A DNA stretch of 64,000 nt from Candidatus Omnitrophota bacterium (GTDB lineage: Bacteria; Omnitrophota; Omnitrophia; Omnitrophales; Aquincolibacteriaceae). Of the stretch, positions 17,616 through 27,362 are shown piece by piece. The stretch covers positions 13,196 through 77,195 of the forward strand of contig JAKJDL010000006.1 in NCBI GenBank assembly GCA_022705945.1. The letters are read 5' to 3'. Each line of letters starts with the position of its first letter. The stretch's first letter is position 1. The notes below the pieces were generated by a model, which was given only the letters and a program-made list of their open reading frames with translations, ran no database searches and was not told the DNA's origin. The translations under genes and the position numbers were made by a program.

Positions 17616-18116
17616 TCATACAAAATCAAGGAACCCCAGATCCCCGCTGCCGCCGTCATCATCCGGGAACTCGGAATCCCCGCTCCCGAGCGCCGAGAAA
17701 AAAACCGCCTGCTCAGTCAAATAATCGGACATCGCCCGCTGCTCCGGCATGTCCCCCGGGACCCTCGCCATGACCACGGTAACAAGGATCAGGGCGACGG
17801 CAAATGCCATGCGGATTAAAGGCGCCGGTTTCAGCAAAAACCGAAGCCTTTCCGAGACTCCCGTGAGCCATCCCGCCTCAGGTTCCTCTTCAAAAATCGC
17901 GCTCCGGATCCTGTCCCAAACCTCAGGCCCCGGCCTGAGCTCTCCGCTCCCTTCGGGAGAAACAACCGCAAACTTCAGGATTTCCTCCTGGAATTTTTTA
18001 CATGCCCCGCAGTCTCTCAGGTGAGAGTCGATTTTTTCACACTCCCTCCTGTCGAGCTCGCCGTCCCGATAATCGGTCAAAAGTCGCTCACGAACCTTGT
18101 TGCATTTCATGTTCAC
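17616..18116 (-). CDS. anti-sigma factor with N-terminal zf-HC2 zinc finger and one TM helix
   Basis: CNKVRERLLTDYRDGELDRRECEKIDSHLRDCGAC is the zf-HC2 (H-x3-C-x2-C) motif. TM helix LIRMAFAVALILVTVVMA. Overlaps the sigma-factor gene by 4 nt. Confidence 0.75.
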   Translation of the reverse strand: MNMKCNKVRERLLTDYRDGELDRRECEKIDSHLRDCGACKKFQEEILKFAVVSPEGSGELRPGPEVWDRIRSAIFEEEPEAGWLTGVSERLRFLLKPAPLIRMAFAVALILVTVVMARVPGDMPEQRAMSDYLTEQAVFFSALGSGDSEFPDDDGGSGDLGFLDFV

Positions 18117-18670
18117 TCACCTCCCCTTCGTCCCATCCTTACAAGAGATTCCCTTGCCCTTTTCAGCCGGGACCGGACCGTATTCAAATTAATTCCGAGG
18201 GTTTCCGCGATCCCGGCATAATTCATGCCTTCGATCTCCCTTAGCACAAGGCAGGCCCGCTGATCGGGATTCAGGCGCTCAAGGAAACCTTTTGCCTCGC
18301 GTCCGGCATCTTCTTTCTCCAGGCTTTTCGATACCTCCGAGGCATCCGTCGCCTCAATGTCCTCCCGGATCTCCCCCCTTTCTTTCATCCTGATCCCTTT
18401 CCATTTTTTTGAATGATTCAGGGCCGAATTGACCGTTACCCGGTAAAGCCATGTTTTGAACGAGGCTTCGAATTTAAACGATCCGAGACTTCGATAAAGC
18501 CTCACAAAAACATCCTGAGTCACTTCCTCCGCATCATGCTTCATCCCGGTCACGCGATAGGCCAGTGTATAGACGTAACCGGAAGTCCTGTCATAAATCT
18601 CCCGGAAAGCCGCCCCGTCCCCCCGCGCTGCCTTCTCGATCAAATCTTTTTCGATCTCCCGCATAGACAA
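18113..18670 (-). CDS. ECF (RpoE-like) sigma-70 family sigma factor
   Basis: 185 aa. Region 2 (DAEEVTQDVFVRLYRSLGSF, WLYRVTVNSALNHSKK) and region 4 HTH (EGMNYAGIAETLGINLNTVRSRLKRARESL). Confidence 0.85.
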   Translation of the reverse strand: MSMREIEKDLIEKAARGDGAAFREIYDRTSGYVYTLAYRVTGMKHDAEEVTQDVFVRLYRSLGSFKFEASFKTWLYRVTVNSALNHSKKWKGIRMKERGEIREDIEATDASEVSKSLEKEDAGREAKGFLERLNPDQRACLVLREIEGMNYAGIAETLGINLNTVRSRLKRARESLVRMGRRGGE

Positions 18671-18724
18671 GGTCCCTTATCTTTCATCCCATTAGACAAA
18701 GCAAACAGAAGTAAAGTTCCCTTC

Positions 18725-18756
18725 AAAATAAAAAGGCCGGGGCAAAAACCCCGGCC
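18725..18756 (-). terminator. rho-independent terminator (GGCCGGGG-loop-CCCCGGCC + T-tract on minus strand)
   Basis: Plus-strand aaaataaaaaGGCCGGGGcaaaaaCCCCGGCC. On the minus strand the hairpin is followed by TTTTTATTTT. Confidence 0.5.
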
Positions 18757-18784
18757 TTGAACCTGCCTGAAGCTCTATTCCGTA

Positions 18785-19054
18785 TCAGAAGCCCATCTTC
18801 TTTTTCATGTCCTCGCCGGCCTGTTTGGCTTTCTTGGCGGCTTTCTCGGCTTCGCGTTTGGTGCAGGCGGCAACGCGATTGGCCTTGCGCTGGACCAGGA
18901 TCTGGTTTTTCTCCATATCCTTCTTGCCCAGAGTGGCGAACCAGTCTCCGATCTCATCAATCGGGGAGTTTTTGGTGCAATCCACTGCGGCATACGCGCT
19001 GACACCGCTGAACATGATCGCCAGGGCAAACAAAGCGATAAAAATATTCTTCAT
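18785..19054 (-). CDS. small secreted hypothetical protein (signal peptide)
   Basis: 89 aa. MKNIFIALFALAIMFSGVSAYA signal peptide, Lys-rich C-terminus. Confidence 0.5.
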   Translation of the reverse strand: MKNIFIALFALAIMFSGVSAYAAVDCTKNSPIDEIGDWFATLGKKDMEKNQILVQRKANRVAACTKREAEKAAKKAKQAGEDMKKKMGF

Positions 19055-19092
19055 TATTTTCCTCCTATGGTTAACGGCAACCTCGCAAGATC

Positions 19093-19266
19093 TTATCTGG
19101 ATACGGCTCCCGGAGCCACTCTTCGCAGCTTGCGGAGCAAAATTACTTTATCACCTTCCGTCGGGGCGGCCGCGATCTTGTTTTTGAGTTTCGCAACCTT
19201 GGCCCGGCGCTTCATGCGCTGGACAATTTCGGTTCGACGTCTGCGTTTTCTTCCCGCTAATGACAT
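19093..19266 (-). CDS. possible small basic protein (57 aa), unannotated in ORF track
   Basis: My translation: MSLAGRKRRRRTEIVQRMKRRAKVAKLKNKIAAAPTEGDKVILLRKLRRVAPGAVSR. AAAGGA Shine-Dalgarno 4-5 nt upstream of the ATG. Confidence 0.35.
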   Translation of the reverse strand: MSLAGRKRRRRTEIVQRMKRRAKVAKLKNKIAAAPTEGDKVILLRKLRRVAPGAVSR

Positions 19267-19342
19267 ATCATTTCCTTTCTTGTGTACGATGGTTTTCCTG
19301 CACGGTCATTATATGGAATTTTTCAGTTTGGGCAATGCGCTC

Positions 19343-21172
19343 TTAAGCTTTCCTTGCCTGACGCCGCCGGTCATTATCGCTCAGATAGCGCTTCCTGAGA
19401 CGGATGTTTTTCGGCGTGATCTCGACCAGTTCGTCCTTTTCAATAAACTCGAGGGCAAATTCGAGCGTCATTTCCCGCGGCGGAGTCAATTGTATCGCCT
19501 CGTCGGCACCCGCAGACCGCATATTCGTCTGCTTCTTTTCGCGGATCGCGTTCACGACAAGATCGGGACCTTTATTGTTCACGCCAACGATCATTCCCTC
19601 ATAAAGATCATCGCCGGGCTGTATAAAAATTTCACCGCGATCCTGAAGCCCCCAGAGAGCATACGCGACCGCTTTTCCCGGAACCTGCGAGATCAGCACT
19701 CCCGATTGCCGTTCCGGGATCTCCCCCTTGTAAGGCTGATAATCATGAAAGTTCTGGTACATGATCCCGGTGCCGCGCGTCATCATCAGAAGCTGGCTCC
19801 GGAAACCAAGGATCCCCCTCGAAGGAATCAAAAACTCCATCCGGATCGTCCCGACCGCGCTCGTGATCAGATTTTTCATCTCGGCTTTACGGGCGCCCAG
19901 GGATTCGATGACAGCGCCCTGGTAACCGGGATCCACCTCGATTACAACCTCTTCGATCGGCTCGAAAAGTTCGCCGTCAACTTCCCTGATAATGACTTCA
20001 GGCCGGGAAACCTCAAGCTCATAACCTTCCCGTCGCATGGTTTCGATCAGAATGGAAAGATGCAGTTCGCCGCGGCCCGATACCTTGACGCGGTCTTCAC
20101 CCGGCACGTCTTCGATCCGGATGCCGACATTCATCATCGCCTCATGCTGAAGGCGCTCGCGGATGTGCCGCGACGTCAGAAACCGTCCGCCGTCTTTACC
20201 CGCAAGGGGGCTTGAGTTGCAGGCGAAGTTCATCGAAATGGTCGGTTCGTCGATCTTGACGGCCGGAATTGCCTCCGGTTTATCGGGATGTGCCAGGGTG
20301 TCCGCCACATGGACATCTTCGATCCCCGCTATCGCGGCAATATCCCCCGCCTCGGCCGTTTCGGCCTCGATCCGCTTCATTCCCTTGTATTTAAGGATCC
20401 TGGTCACCCTGCTTTTAATGACCGCGTGGTGATCCCGTTTGACAAGCACGACTGAATCCCCCATCCTGACGGAACCGTGAAAGACGCGGCCGATCGCCAT
20501 CCGCCCGATATAATTATCGTAATCCAGCATGGTCACAAGCATTTGAAAAGGCTGGTCCACGTCCGCGACCGGAGGAAGCACCCGGTGCAGGATCGTATCA
20601 AGAAGGGGTTTCATATCGCGGGCCGGCTCACCCAGATCCAGCTTGGCCCATCCGTCCTTGCCGGAAGCAAAGACGATCGGAAAATCGAGCTGTTCTTCGG
20701 TCGCGTTCAGCTCGCAAAAAAGATCGAAGGTCATATTGACCACTTCATGGGGCCGCGCGTTGGGACGGTCCACCTTGTTCACAACAAGAATCGGCTTGAG
20801 ATGGAGCTCAAGGGACTTGCGAAGCACAAATTTTGTCTGAGGCATCGGCCCGTCAAACGCGTCCACAAGGAGCAGTACCCCGTCCACCATTTTCAGAATA
20901 CGTTCCACTTCACTCCCGAAGTCGGCATGGCCGGGAGTGTCCACGATATTAAAGATCGTGTCCCTGTAAACGAAAGAGGCGTTTTTGGAAAAGATCGTGA
21001 TACCGCGCTCCTTCTCGATCGGATTCGAATCCATAACCGTGATCTCGCCTTCCTTGAAATCATAGGCTCCGGACTGCCTGAGGAGGGCGTCAACAAGGGT
21101 GGTCTTCCCGTGGTCAACGTGTGCCACGATCGCTATATTACGGACGTTTTTTCTGCGTTTAAGTTGCGACAT
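19343..21172 (-). CDS. typA: translational GTPase TypA/BipA
   Basis: 609 aa. [23 protein letters not shown]1 motif, [17 protein letters not shown]-like domain order typical of BipA. Confidence 0.93.
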   Translation of the reverse strand: MSQLKRRKNVRNIAIVAHVDHGKTTLVDALLRQSGAYDFKEGEITVMDSNPIEKERGITIFSKNASFVYRDTIFNIVDTPGHADFGSEVERILKMVDGVLLLVDAFDGPMPQTKFVLRKSLELHLKPILVVNKVDRPNARPHEVVNMTFDLFCELNATEEQLDFPIVFASGKDGWAKLDLGEPARDMKPLLDTILHRVLPPVADVDQPFQMLVTMLDYDNYIGRMAIGRVFHGSVRMGDSVVLVKRDHHAVIKSRVTRILKYKGMKRIEAETAEAGDIAAIAGIEDVHVADTLAHPDKPEAIPAVKIDEPTISMNFACNSSPLAGKDGGRFLTSRHIRERLQHEAMMNVGIRIEDVPGEDRVKVSGRGELHLSILIETMRREGYELEVSRPEVIIREVDGELFEPIEEVVIEVDPGYQGAVIESLGARKAEMKNLITSAVGTIRMEFLIPSRGILGFRSQLLMMTRGTGIMYQNFHDYQPYKGEIPERQSGVLISQVPGKAVAYALWGLQDRGEIFIQPGDDLYEGMIVGVNNKGPDLVVNAIREKKQTNMRSAGADEAIQLTPPREMTLEFALEFIEKDELVEITPKNIRLRKRYLSDNDRRRQARKA

Positions 21173-21257
21173 AGAACGCGCATATTATCAGGAGGGTTCC
21201 GGGGTATCAAGGAGAGAAAAACTCCGGAAAAAACGGCCGCGGGAATCAAAACAGCTA

Positions 21258-22289
21258 TCAGAAAATATTCACTTCGGGGAGAAGTTCGATACCAAAATGC
21301 TCAGATACTGATTTCTGTATTGAATAGGCAAGCGCCAGAACTTCCCGTCCGGTCGCGCCTCCGTAATTGACGAGCACCAGCGCATGAGTCTTGTAGACTC
21401 CGGTATGCCCCACCATTTTCCCTTTCCAGCCGCACTGTTCGATCAACCATCCCGCCGGGATCTTGACCCTTGCTCCGGGATAAGGGTAATGCGGCATATC
21501 GGGGAACCGGACGGCAAGAGTTTCATACTGGGCCTGCGGGATCACCGGATTTTTAAAAAAGCTCCCGGCGTTGCCGAATTTTACGGGATCGGGAAGTTTG
21601 GCGGCCCGGATTTCGCAAACCGCCTTGCGGACAGAGGCAAGCGACGGAACCGTCACACCATGTTCATCCAGCTTTTGCCGGACCCCTCCCTGGTCGATTT
21701 TGAACTTATAGTCCGGGCGGACATTCAGGTCCTGAAGTCCAAGCGATACCGAATGGATCAGAAAAAGTCCCCGGTATTCATGTTTAAAAATGCTTTCCCT
21801 GTATCCAAAAACGCAGGCCGACTCGTTAAGATGGATCGCTTCCCCCGTGTGAAGATCAATCGCCTCGAGCTCACGGAACACATCCTTCAGCTCAACGCCA
21901 TAGGCCCCGATATTCTGGACCGGCGCGGCTCCCACACTGCCCGGGATTTTCGAAAGATTCTCAAGCCCCGCATAATTCCTTTCGATACACCAGGTCACAA
22001 GCTCATCCCAGTCCACTCCTCCCCCCGCCTTCACAATCACTTCGGCGCCTTCCCCGGGAAACGCCTGAATGCCCCGGATCGCGTTCCGGATCACAAGGCC
22101 GTCGAAATCACGCGTGAAAAGGACATTGCTTCCTCCCCCGAGCACCAGCTTGGGTTCATGGGCAAGCGATTTTTCGGCAATTAATTCCCTCAGTTCGGCC
22201 ACGGAATAAACCGTCGCAAAAAGTCTCGCGGTCGCCTCAACTCCGAAAGTAGTAAATTCTTTTAACTGCTGATTCCCGACTATAGTCAT
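21258..22289 (-). CDS. murB: UDP-N-acetylenolpyruvoylglucosamine reductase
   Basis: 343 aa. FAD-binding LVLGGGSNVLF motif, MurB C-terminal domain (GNAGSFFKNP, GWLIEQCGWKG). Confidence 0.88.
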   Translation of the reverse strand: MTIVGNQQLKEFTTFGVEATARLFATVYSVAELRELIAEKSLAHEPKLVLGGGSNVLFTRDFDGLVIRNAIRGIQAFPGEGAEVIVKAGGGVDWDELVTWCIERNYAGLENLSKIPGSVGAAPVQNIGAYGVELKDVFRELEAIDLHTGEAIHLNESACVFGYRESIFKHEYRGLFLIHSVSLGLQDLNVRPDYKFKIDQGGVRQKLDEHGVTVPSLASVRKAVCEIRAAKLPDPVKFGNAGSFFKNPVIPQAQYETLAVRFPDMPHYPYPGARVKIPAGWLIEQCGWKGKMVGHTGVYKTHALVLVNYGGATGREVLALAYSIQKSVSEHFGIELLPEVNIF

Positions 22290-22307
22290 AAGGTTTTCTC
22301 CGAAATC

Positions 22308-23549
22308 TTACGCGAGGATGCCCGTTTCGCAAACCTCGGCATACCGCTTCGCGCTTTCCCGAATCTTTCGGGTTTGTGTCCCATAATCAATCTCCACCAA
22401 ACCAAACCGGGGAGCAAATCCTTTGTCCCATTCAAAATTATCCATAAGAGACCAATGCAGATAACCGATTACTTCCAGCCCGTCTTCCATCGCGCGATGA
22501 ACGCTTTTCAAATGCTCCCGGAGGAACTCCCAACGCTCCCTGTCATCATTCGTGCAAATACCGTTTTCGGCAATCAGGACCGGAAGCCTGTATTTCGCCA
22601 GCCTGTAAAGGATATCATACAATCCTTCCGGATAAATGTCCCACCCCAGCGCGTTTTTTTTTACCGGATGATGATTTTCCCGGCAGATATCCGCGACGAG
22701 GCTCCGCGGGCCCCATCCCCGGGGATCCGCCAACTGACGGGAATAATAATTGACCCCGATGAAATCAAGGGCCTGATGCCGCTTGAGCGTATCGAGATAC
22801 CTTTCGTTGAAAATCTTGCGGCGCAGCCGGGCGGCCAAACGGCTTTTCGGGTTTTTTTTACAGGGGACAACTGCGATCATATGATGGGCAATGCTGACGG
22901 CGGGCTTCGGGATTCCCGCCTCCCGGTAAATTCCATGGATCACCCGGTAGGCTTTCAGATGCGCCCGGATCATGTTTTTCTCCGCCTTGATCGTCCCCCA
23001 AAGCGACTTTTTTTGCGGGGGCCACACTCCGAAAAGATACGAATGGGAAACATAAATGCTGGGTTCGTTGATCGTGATCCAGTAACGGACGCTTCCGGCA
23101 AGAGCCCGGACCACAAAGGCACAGTAACATGAAAAACGCGCGGAGGACTTTTCGTTCTCCCAGCCTCCGTCCCGCGCGAACCACGAGGGATTGGTGAAAT
23201 GATGAAGCGTTGCGACCGGTTCGATTCCCCGCGTCCGGAGGGCCGACACCACATCGAGATAGTGCTTCAACGCCGCCGGGTCGAATTTCCCCTCTTCGGG
23301 TTCGATCCGGGCCCATTCGATCGAAAAACGGTGCGCGTTATGGCGAAGATCTTTAACGAGATCAAAATCACGCTCGTAGAGCTCATAGTGGCGGCAGGCC
23401 TCTCCGGATCTTTCCCTGCCCGTCAACCGCTCCCATTCCCACCAGTCGGAGCCGGAATTATTGCCTTCCACCTGATGGGCGGACGTCGCGGCACCCCAAA
23501 GGAATTCTTTCGGAAATCGGATCATGTCAAAGTATACCATCCCCGCCAT
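22308..23549 (-). CDS. glycoside hydrolase family 1 beta-glucosidase
   Basis: FLWGAATSAHQVEG N-terminal GH1 signature. TINEP acid/base and IAENG nucleophile motifs. True start may be the internal Met (MIRFPKEF). Confidence 0.85.
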   Translation of the reverse strand: MAGMVYFDMIRFPKEFLWGAATSAHQVEGNNSGSDWWEWERLTGRERSGEACRHYELYERDFDLVKDLRHNAHRFSIEWARIEPEEGKFDPAALKHYLDVVSALRTRGIEPVATLHHFTNPSWFARDGGWENEKSSARFSCYCAFVVRALAGSVRYWITINEPSIYVSHSYLFGVWPPQKKSLWGTIKAEKNMIRAHLKAYRVIHGIYREAGIPKPAVSIAHHMIAVVPCKKNPKSRLAARLRRKIFNERYLDTLKRHQALDFIGVNYYSRQLADPRGWGPRSLVADICRENHHPVKKNALGWDIYPEGLYDILYRLAKYRLPVLIAENGICTNDDRERWEFLREHLKSVHRAMEDGLEVIGYLHWSLMDNFEWDKGFAPRFGLVEIDYGTQTRKIRESAKRYAEVCETGILA

Positions 23550-23595
23550 CCCGCGCGCCTTGTTTTATTGCGAATAAACGGCTAGAGTAAAGGCC

Positions 23596-24882
23596 ATGCG
23601 CTCCCTGATCGCCCAGATCAAGAAAACCTACCGGATGGCCGGCCGGCACGAGCGCCGGACCGTTCTTGAAAACTTCGCGTCACTTTCAACCCTGCAGGCG
23701 ATCACCTACATCCTTCCCGTCCTCATCCTGCCTTATCTTTTCCGCGTCATCGGGGCCGAAAAATTCGGGTTAATCGCTTTCGCCCAGGCCCTGATCCAGT
23801 ATTTCATGATCCTGACGGACTACGGCTTCGGGATTTCCGCAACCAGGGAGATCTCCCTTTACCGGCATCACCGCGCAAGGATCAACGATATCTTCTCCGC
23901 GGTTATGACGGCCAAGATCGCGCTGGCCGCCGTGAGCTTCCTGATCCTGAGCGGGATCGTCTGGCTGGTGCCGAAATTCCGGGCTGACGCACCGGTTTAT
24001 TTTTACAGTTTCGGGGCGGTGATCGGCAACACGCTTTTTCCGATCTGGCTGTTTCAGGGAACCGAAAAGATGAAACATATCGCGGACCTCCACATTCTCG
24101 GAGGCATTCTGTTTGCGGTTTTCATTTTTATTTTCGTAAAGAGCCCGGCCGATTATCTGATGGTCCCCTTTGTCTATTCTCTCGTATCGATCCTGACCGG
24201 CCTTTGGGCCCAGTCCGTCGTGTTTATGAAATTCGGTATTTCCTTCCGTTTCCCCGGATATGAGAGCCTGCGTCAGAGGCTGAGGGCCGGCTGGGACATT
24301 TTTATTTCAAACGTCGCGATCAATGCCTACACGACAACACGCGTTTTCACGGTCGGGCTTCTGACCAACAACACCCTGACGGGTTATTATTCCATCGCCG
24401 AGAGGATCGCGAGCTTCTGCCAACTCTTTCCGCTTTCCTCCTTCTCCCAGGCCCTTTTCCCGCGGCTCAGCAAGATTTACCAAAAAAGCAAAAAACGCGC
24501 TTTTCAGTTCATGAAAAAAATCCAACAGATCACGGTCATGATTTCGATGATCTGCCTTCCTCTGATCTTTATTTTTGCCGGAGGTATCGTCAGGCTTGTA
24601 TGCGGCGGGCTTTTTCCGGAAACCGTTCTTGCGCTCCGGATCCTGCTCGTCGGTGTTTTCATCGTAAACTCAAACGCCTTCCGGATCCAGTTCCTGCTTG
24701 TATGCGGAAAAACTTTCATTTACTCCAGGATTCACGTCATCATGGCCATGGTCGGCCTGCCGCTGATTTTTTTAATGATTTGTTCGTTTTCATATATCGG
24801 GGCCGCAATCGCGACCATCATCATTGAAGCCGGAATTTTCACGATCACTTATTTCACGGTGAATCGTTTGCGGCTGAAGTGA
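23596..24882 (+). CDS. MOP-superfamily polysaccharide flippase (Wzx-like)
   Basis: 428 aa, about 12 predicted TM helices. N-terminal FASLSTLQAITYILPVLILPYLFRVIGAEKFGLIAF is typical of Wzx/polysaccharide biosynthesis proteins. Confidence 0.7.
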   Translation: MRSLIAQIKKTYRMAGRHERRTVLENFASLSTLQAITYILPVLILPYLFRVIGAEKFGLIAFAQALIQYFMILTDYGFGISATREISLYRHHRARINDIFSAVMTAKIALAAVSFLILSGIVWLVPKFRADAPVYFYSFGAVIGNTLFPIWLFQGTEKMKHIADLHILGGILFAVFIFIFVKSPADYLMVPFVYSLVSILTGLWAQSVVFMKFGISFRFPGYESLRQRLRAGWDIFISNVAINAYTTTRVFTVGLLTNNTLTGYYSIAERIASFCQLFPLSSFSQALFPRLSKIYQKSKKRAFQFMKKIQQITVMISMICLPLIFIFAGGIVRLVCGGLFPETVLALRILLVGVFIVNSNAFRIQFLLVCGKTFIYSRIHVIMAMVGLPLIFLMICSFSYIGAAIATIIIEAGIFTITYFTVNRLRLK

Positions 24883-25233
24883 AAGACGTCAGCATCGGCA
24901 CCGTTCGAAAAATAGTCCGGACCGGATAATCCCGCGGGGAATACCTTGACCATGGCCGCTCCGGCATCCCGTACCGCATAAACCTCCCGGAGCGTCAAAG
25001 TCCCCGGGAATACCGGAATTTTTCCCGGCCTTATAAAAGTGAGTAGGTTGCGGCCAAAAAATCGGATTTATCCCCGATCTAAAATAAAACCTCCAAAACA
25101 TTGCTTTTTACCGCAAACCTGCTAGAATCTCGTCGCTTGCCGGGTTGACCGATTTGATTCCTTCGCGGAAGAGAAATTGGTTCCCTGTTCTTTGTTATCA
25201 AGTTCTTATGCAGGTGCGAAATCGCACTTTTGT

Positions 25234-25359
25234 ATTCGGCGCGGGGTGCCGGCGACGACACAGTTATCAGGAGACTGTGCGGAGCGGTGCTCGCGCATTC
25301 GGCGCGGGGTGCCAGCGACGACACAGTTGTCAGGAGACTGTGCGGAGCGGTGCTCGCGC
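25234..25359 (+). repeat. two tandem 63-bp direct repeats immediately 5' of tRNA-fMet, each starting with a copy of the tRNA -6..+9 sequence
   Basis: Unit ATTCGGCGCGGGGTGCC[G/A]GCGACGACACAGTT[A/G]TCAGGAGACTGTGCGGAGCGGTGCTCGCGC at 25234-25296 and 25297-25359. The tRNA then begins ATTCGGCGCGGGGTGG... Each unit has an internal hairpin CACAGT-N9-ACTGTG. Confidence 0.7.
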
Positions 25360-25365
25360 ATTCGG

Positions 25366-25442
<77 letters not shown>

Positions 25443-25456
25443 TTCAAGCGCAGAAA

Positions 25457-25492
25457 AACCCTTGAAGCATCGCTTCAAGGGTTTTTTGTTTT
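25457..25492 (+). terminator. rho-independent terminator after tRNA-fMet
   Basis: AACCCTTGAAGC-ATC-GCTTCAAGGGTT followed by TTTTTTGTTTT. Confidence 0.6.
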
Positions 25493-25621
25493 ACGGGGCG
25501 TCATTATTTAAAAGCCATCGAGACATAACCTCGGTGGCCTTCGTGTTTTCAGAACCCTTGCAATCGATGATCAATAAAAGCGTCAATACTTTCGCCCTTG
25601 GGGTTGGGGTCGGTGGGAGGA

Positions 25622-25834
25622 TTACTTATATTCTGTTTCTGCTTTGCGGATGGGGAGATGGAGGGGAATATTCAGAGCCTCGGCTACCTTGAAACAGACC
25701 TCAATCCCAGCTGCGCGACCTTCGTAGGTTCCGTGAATATCCGCCTTCTCGGCAAACTCCTCTTAGGATAGACCCAGCTTCTGTCTTTTCCGTCCTACCG
25801 TAGCTCCGAAACTGAATATTTTTAAGTCATCCAT
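25622..25834 (-). pseudogene. disrupted XRE-family HTH regulator (in-frame TAA replaces the Gln of the LGLSQEEFAEKA HTH motif)
   Basis: My translation: MDDLKIFSFGATVGRKRQKLGLS*EEFAEKADIHGTYEGRAAGIEVCFKVAEALNIPL... The stop is at 25763-25765 (CAA->TAA equivalent). Confidence 0.4.
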
Positions 25835-25836
25835 AG

Positions 25837-26964
25837 TTACTCTTTTTGTTTTTGATCTAATTCGACAAAATATTTCCCGAATACTTCCGCCAGCTTCACC
25901 GGAACGGCATTCCCGACCTGCCTTGCCTCAGAAGTAATTCCGGTACCGTAGAATTTATAGTTGTCTGGAAATGTTTGGAGCCTGGCTGCCTCGCGTATGG
26001 AAATCGCACGATTTTGAGTCGGATGAACAAACCTTCCGTTAGAAATCGAAACGCATTTACAGGTCAGTGTCGGAGACACCTTTTTCCACCACATCCGTCC
26101 ATACGTATCGCTGTGTTTTGTGGGATGTCTTAAGCGACATGGCACTCTGTCCTGCTGCGGAATATCCCTATGACTTCCGCCATTTTTAGGAGTGCCCTTT
26201 ATTCTCTTTGAATTTTCCGGTGACAGTTTGGGAACATGATGATTAAAGAATTTTGGGCTGTTCCCTCCCGATTTAATCGGTGGTAACGGCGATGGCTTGT
26301 TAAAGGCTTGCTCGACGGTCACAAAATCTATCTTCCCAGGCCCATGTGTTATTGGCGGAAACATTAGTTTTTTTACCTGTTCTTCGGAAACCTCTTTTTT
26401 TGCTATAAGTATGAAACGTTTTCTCCTTTGGGGCACCCCATAGATAGCCGCATCAATAACATCCTCACCAACGGAATAATGATTCTTTTTTAAGAAGCTT
26501 TTGAGACGCCGATATGAAGAGCATTGGGATTTTTTAAATCCGGGAACATTTTCGATGAAGAAGTAATCGGGCAAACGCTTGAATTTTTTTACGACACGAA
26601 GCATCTGGGATAACAGATCTTTACGGTCATCCTTATGGCCCTTCAAAACGTTTTTCTTATTCTGAGCGCTAAAGGGCTGGCACGGCGCGCATCCGGCTAC
26701 AACTATTTTATCTTCATTTTTCGGGGCAAGACATGCCCAGACATCCTCGCTTTTAACATCTTCGACCGACATTCCCCAAAAAGTCGCGGGGATATTTTCT
26801 TTATTATTTTCTGCATAGGTTTTCCCAAACGCTAGGTCTTTGTCGATGCCGAGACGAACATCGATCCCAACATTTCGAAACCCGCGAGTTAAACCTCCGG
26901 CTCCGCAGAAAAAATCAACCGCTATTATTTTACCTTTAGACTTTTGACTACTTTCGCTACACAT
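25837..26964 (-). CDS. dcm: DNA (cytosine-5)-methyltransferase
   Basis: 375 aa. Motif I IIAVDFFCGAGGLTRGF, motif IV GCAPCQPFS, motif VI FIENVPGF, motif VIII QRRKRFILIA. C-terminal target-recognition region. Confidence 0.9.
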   Translation of the reverse strand: MCSESSQKSKGKIIAVDFFCGAGGLTRGFRNVGIDVRLGIDKDLAFGKTYAENNKENIPATFWGMSVEDVKSEDVWACLAPKNEDKIVVAGCAPCQPFSAQNKKNVLKGHKDDRKDLLSQMLRVVKKFKRLPDYFFIENVPGFKKSQCSSYRRLKSFLKKNHYSVGEDVIDAAIYGVPQRRKRFILIAKKEVSEEQVKKLMFPPITHGPGKIDFVTVEQAFNKPSPLPPIKSGGNSPKFFNHHVPKLSPENSKRIKGTPKNGGSHRDIPQQDRVPCRLRHPTKHSDTYGRMWWKKVSPTLTCKCVSISNGRFVHPTQNRAISIREAARLQTFPDNYKFYGTGITSEARQVGNAVPVKLAEVFGKYFVELDQKQKE

Positions 26965-27362
26965 TTACCCACATCCTTCTTTATTTGAAAATCCCAGAAC
27001 CGAAACACCTTCCAACCTTGCTTCCGCAATGTTTTATTAACGAGTTTATCGCGTTCAATGTTGGCTTTAATTTTTTCGTTCCAGAATCGTTTATTAGTTT
27101 TGAACCTATGGCGACTGGTCTTGCCATACTTATAACCGTGCCAAAAGGAGCTATCACAAAAAATCGCTGTTTTGTTTTTCGAATTAACAAAATCTGGTTT
27201 TCCGAAAATCGCGCAATGTTTTCTATAAACAACCCGCTGACGCCTTAGTTCCGCTTCGAATATGCGCTCAATGATAGAGCCCTTGGATCGGATACGCGAC
27301 ATGTTATAGGAAATTTGAGCTTGGGAACGCAACATTGGCCTTTTAATCTTCCTCGGCGCCAA
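26925..27362 (-). CDS. vsr: very-short-patch repair endonuclease
   Basis: 145 aa. Conserved Vsr core SKGSIIERIFEAELRRQRVVYR ... GKPDFV ... KTAIFCDSSFWHGY ... RDKLVNKTLRKQGWKVFRFWDFQIK. 3' end overlaps the dcm start by 40 nt. Confidence 0.85.
   Translation of the reverse strand: MAPRKIKRPMLRSQAQISYNMSRIRSKGSIIERIFEAELRRQRVVYRKHCAIFGKPDFVNSKNKTAIFCDSSFWHGYKYGKTSRHRFKTNKRFWNEKIKANIERDKLVNKTLRKQGWKVFRFWDFQIKKDVGKCVAKVVKSLKVK

Noticed and set aside
19067-21370. Plus-strand ORFs 19067..20215 (382 aa) and 20477..21370 (297 aa)
   Set aside because: Antisense to typA. Translations rich in R/H/P with no domains.
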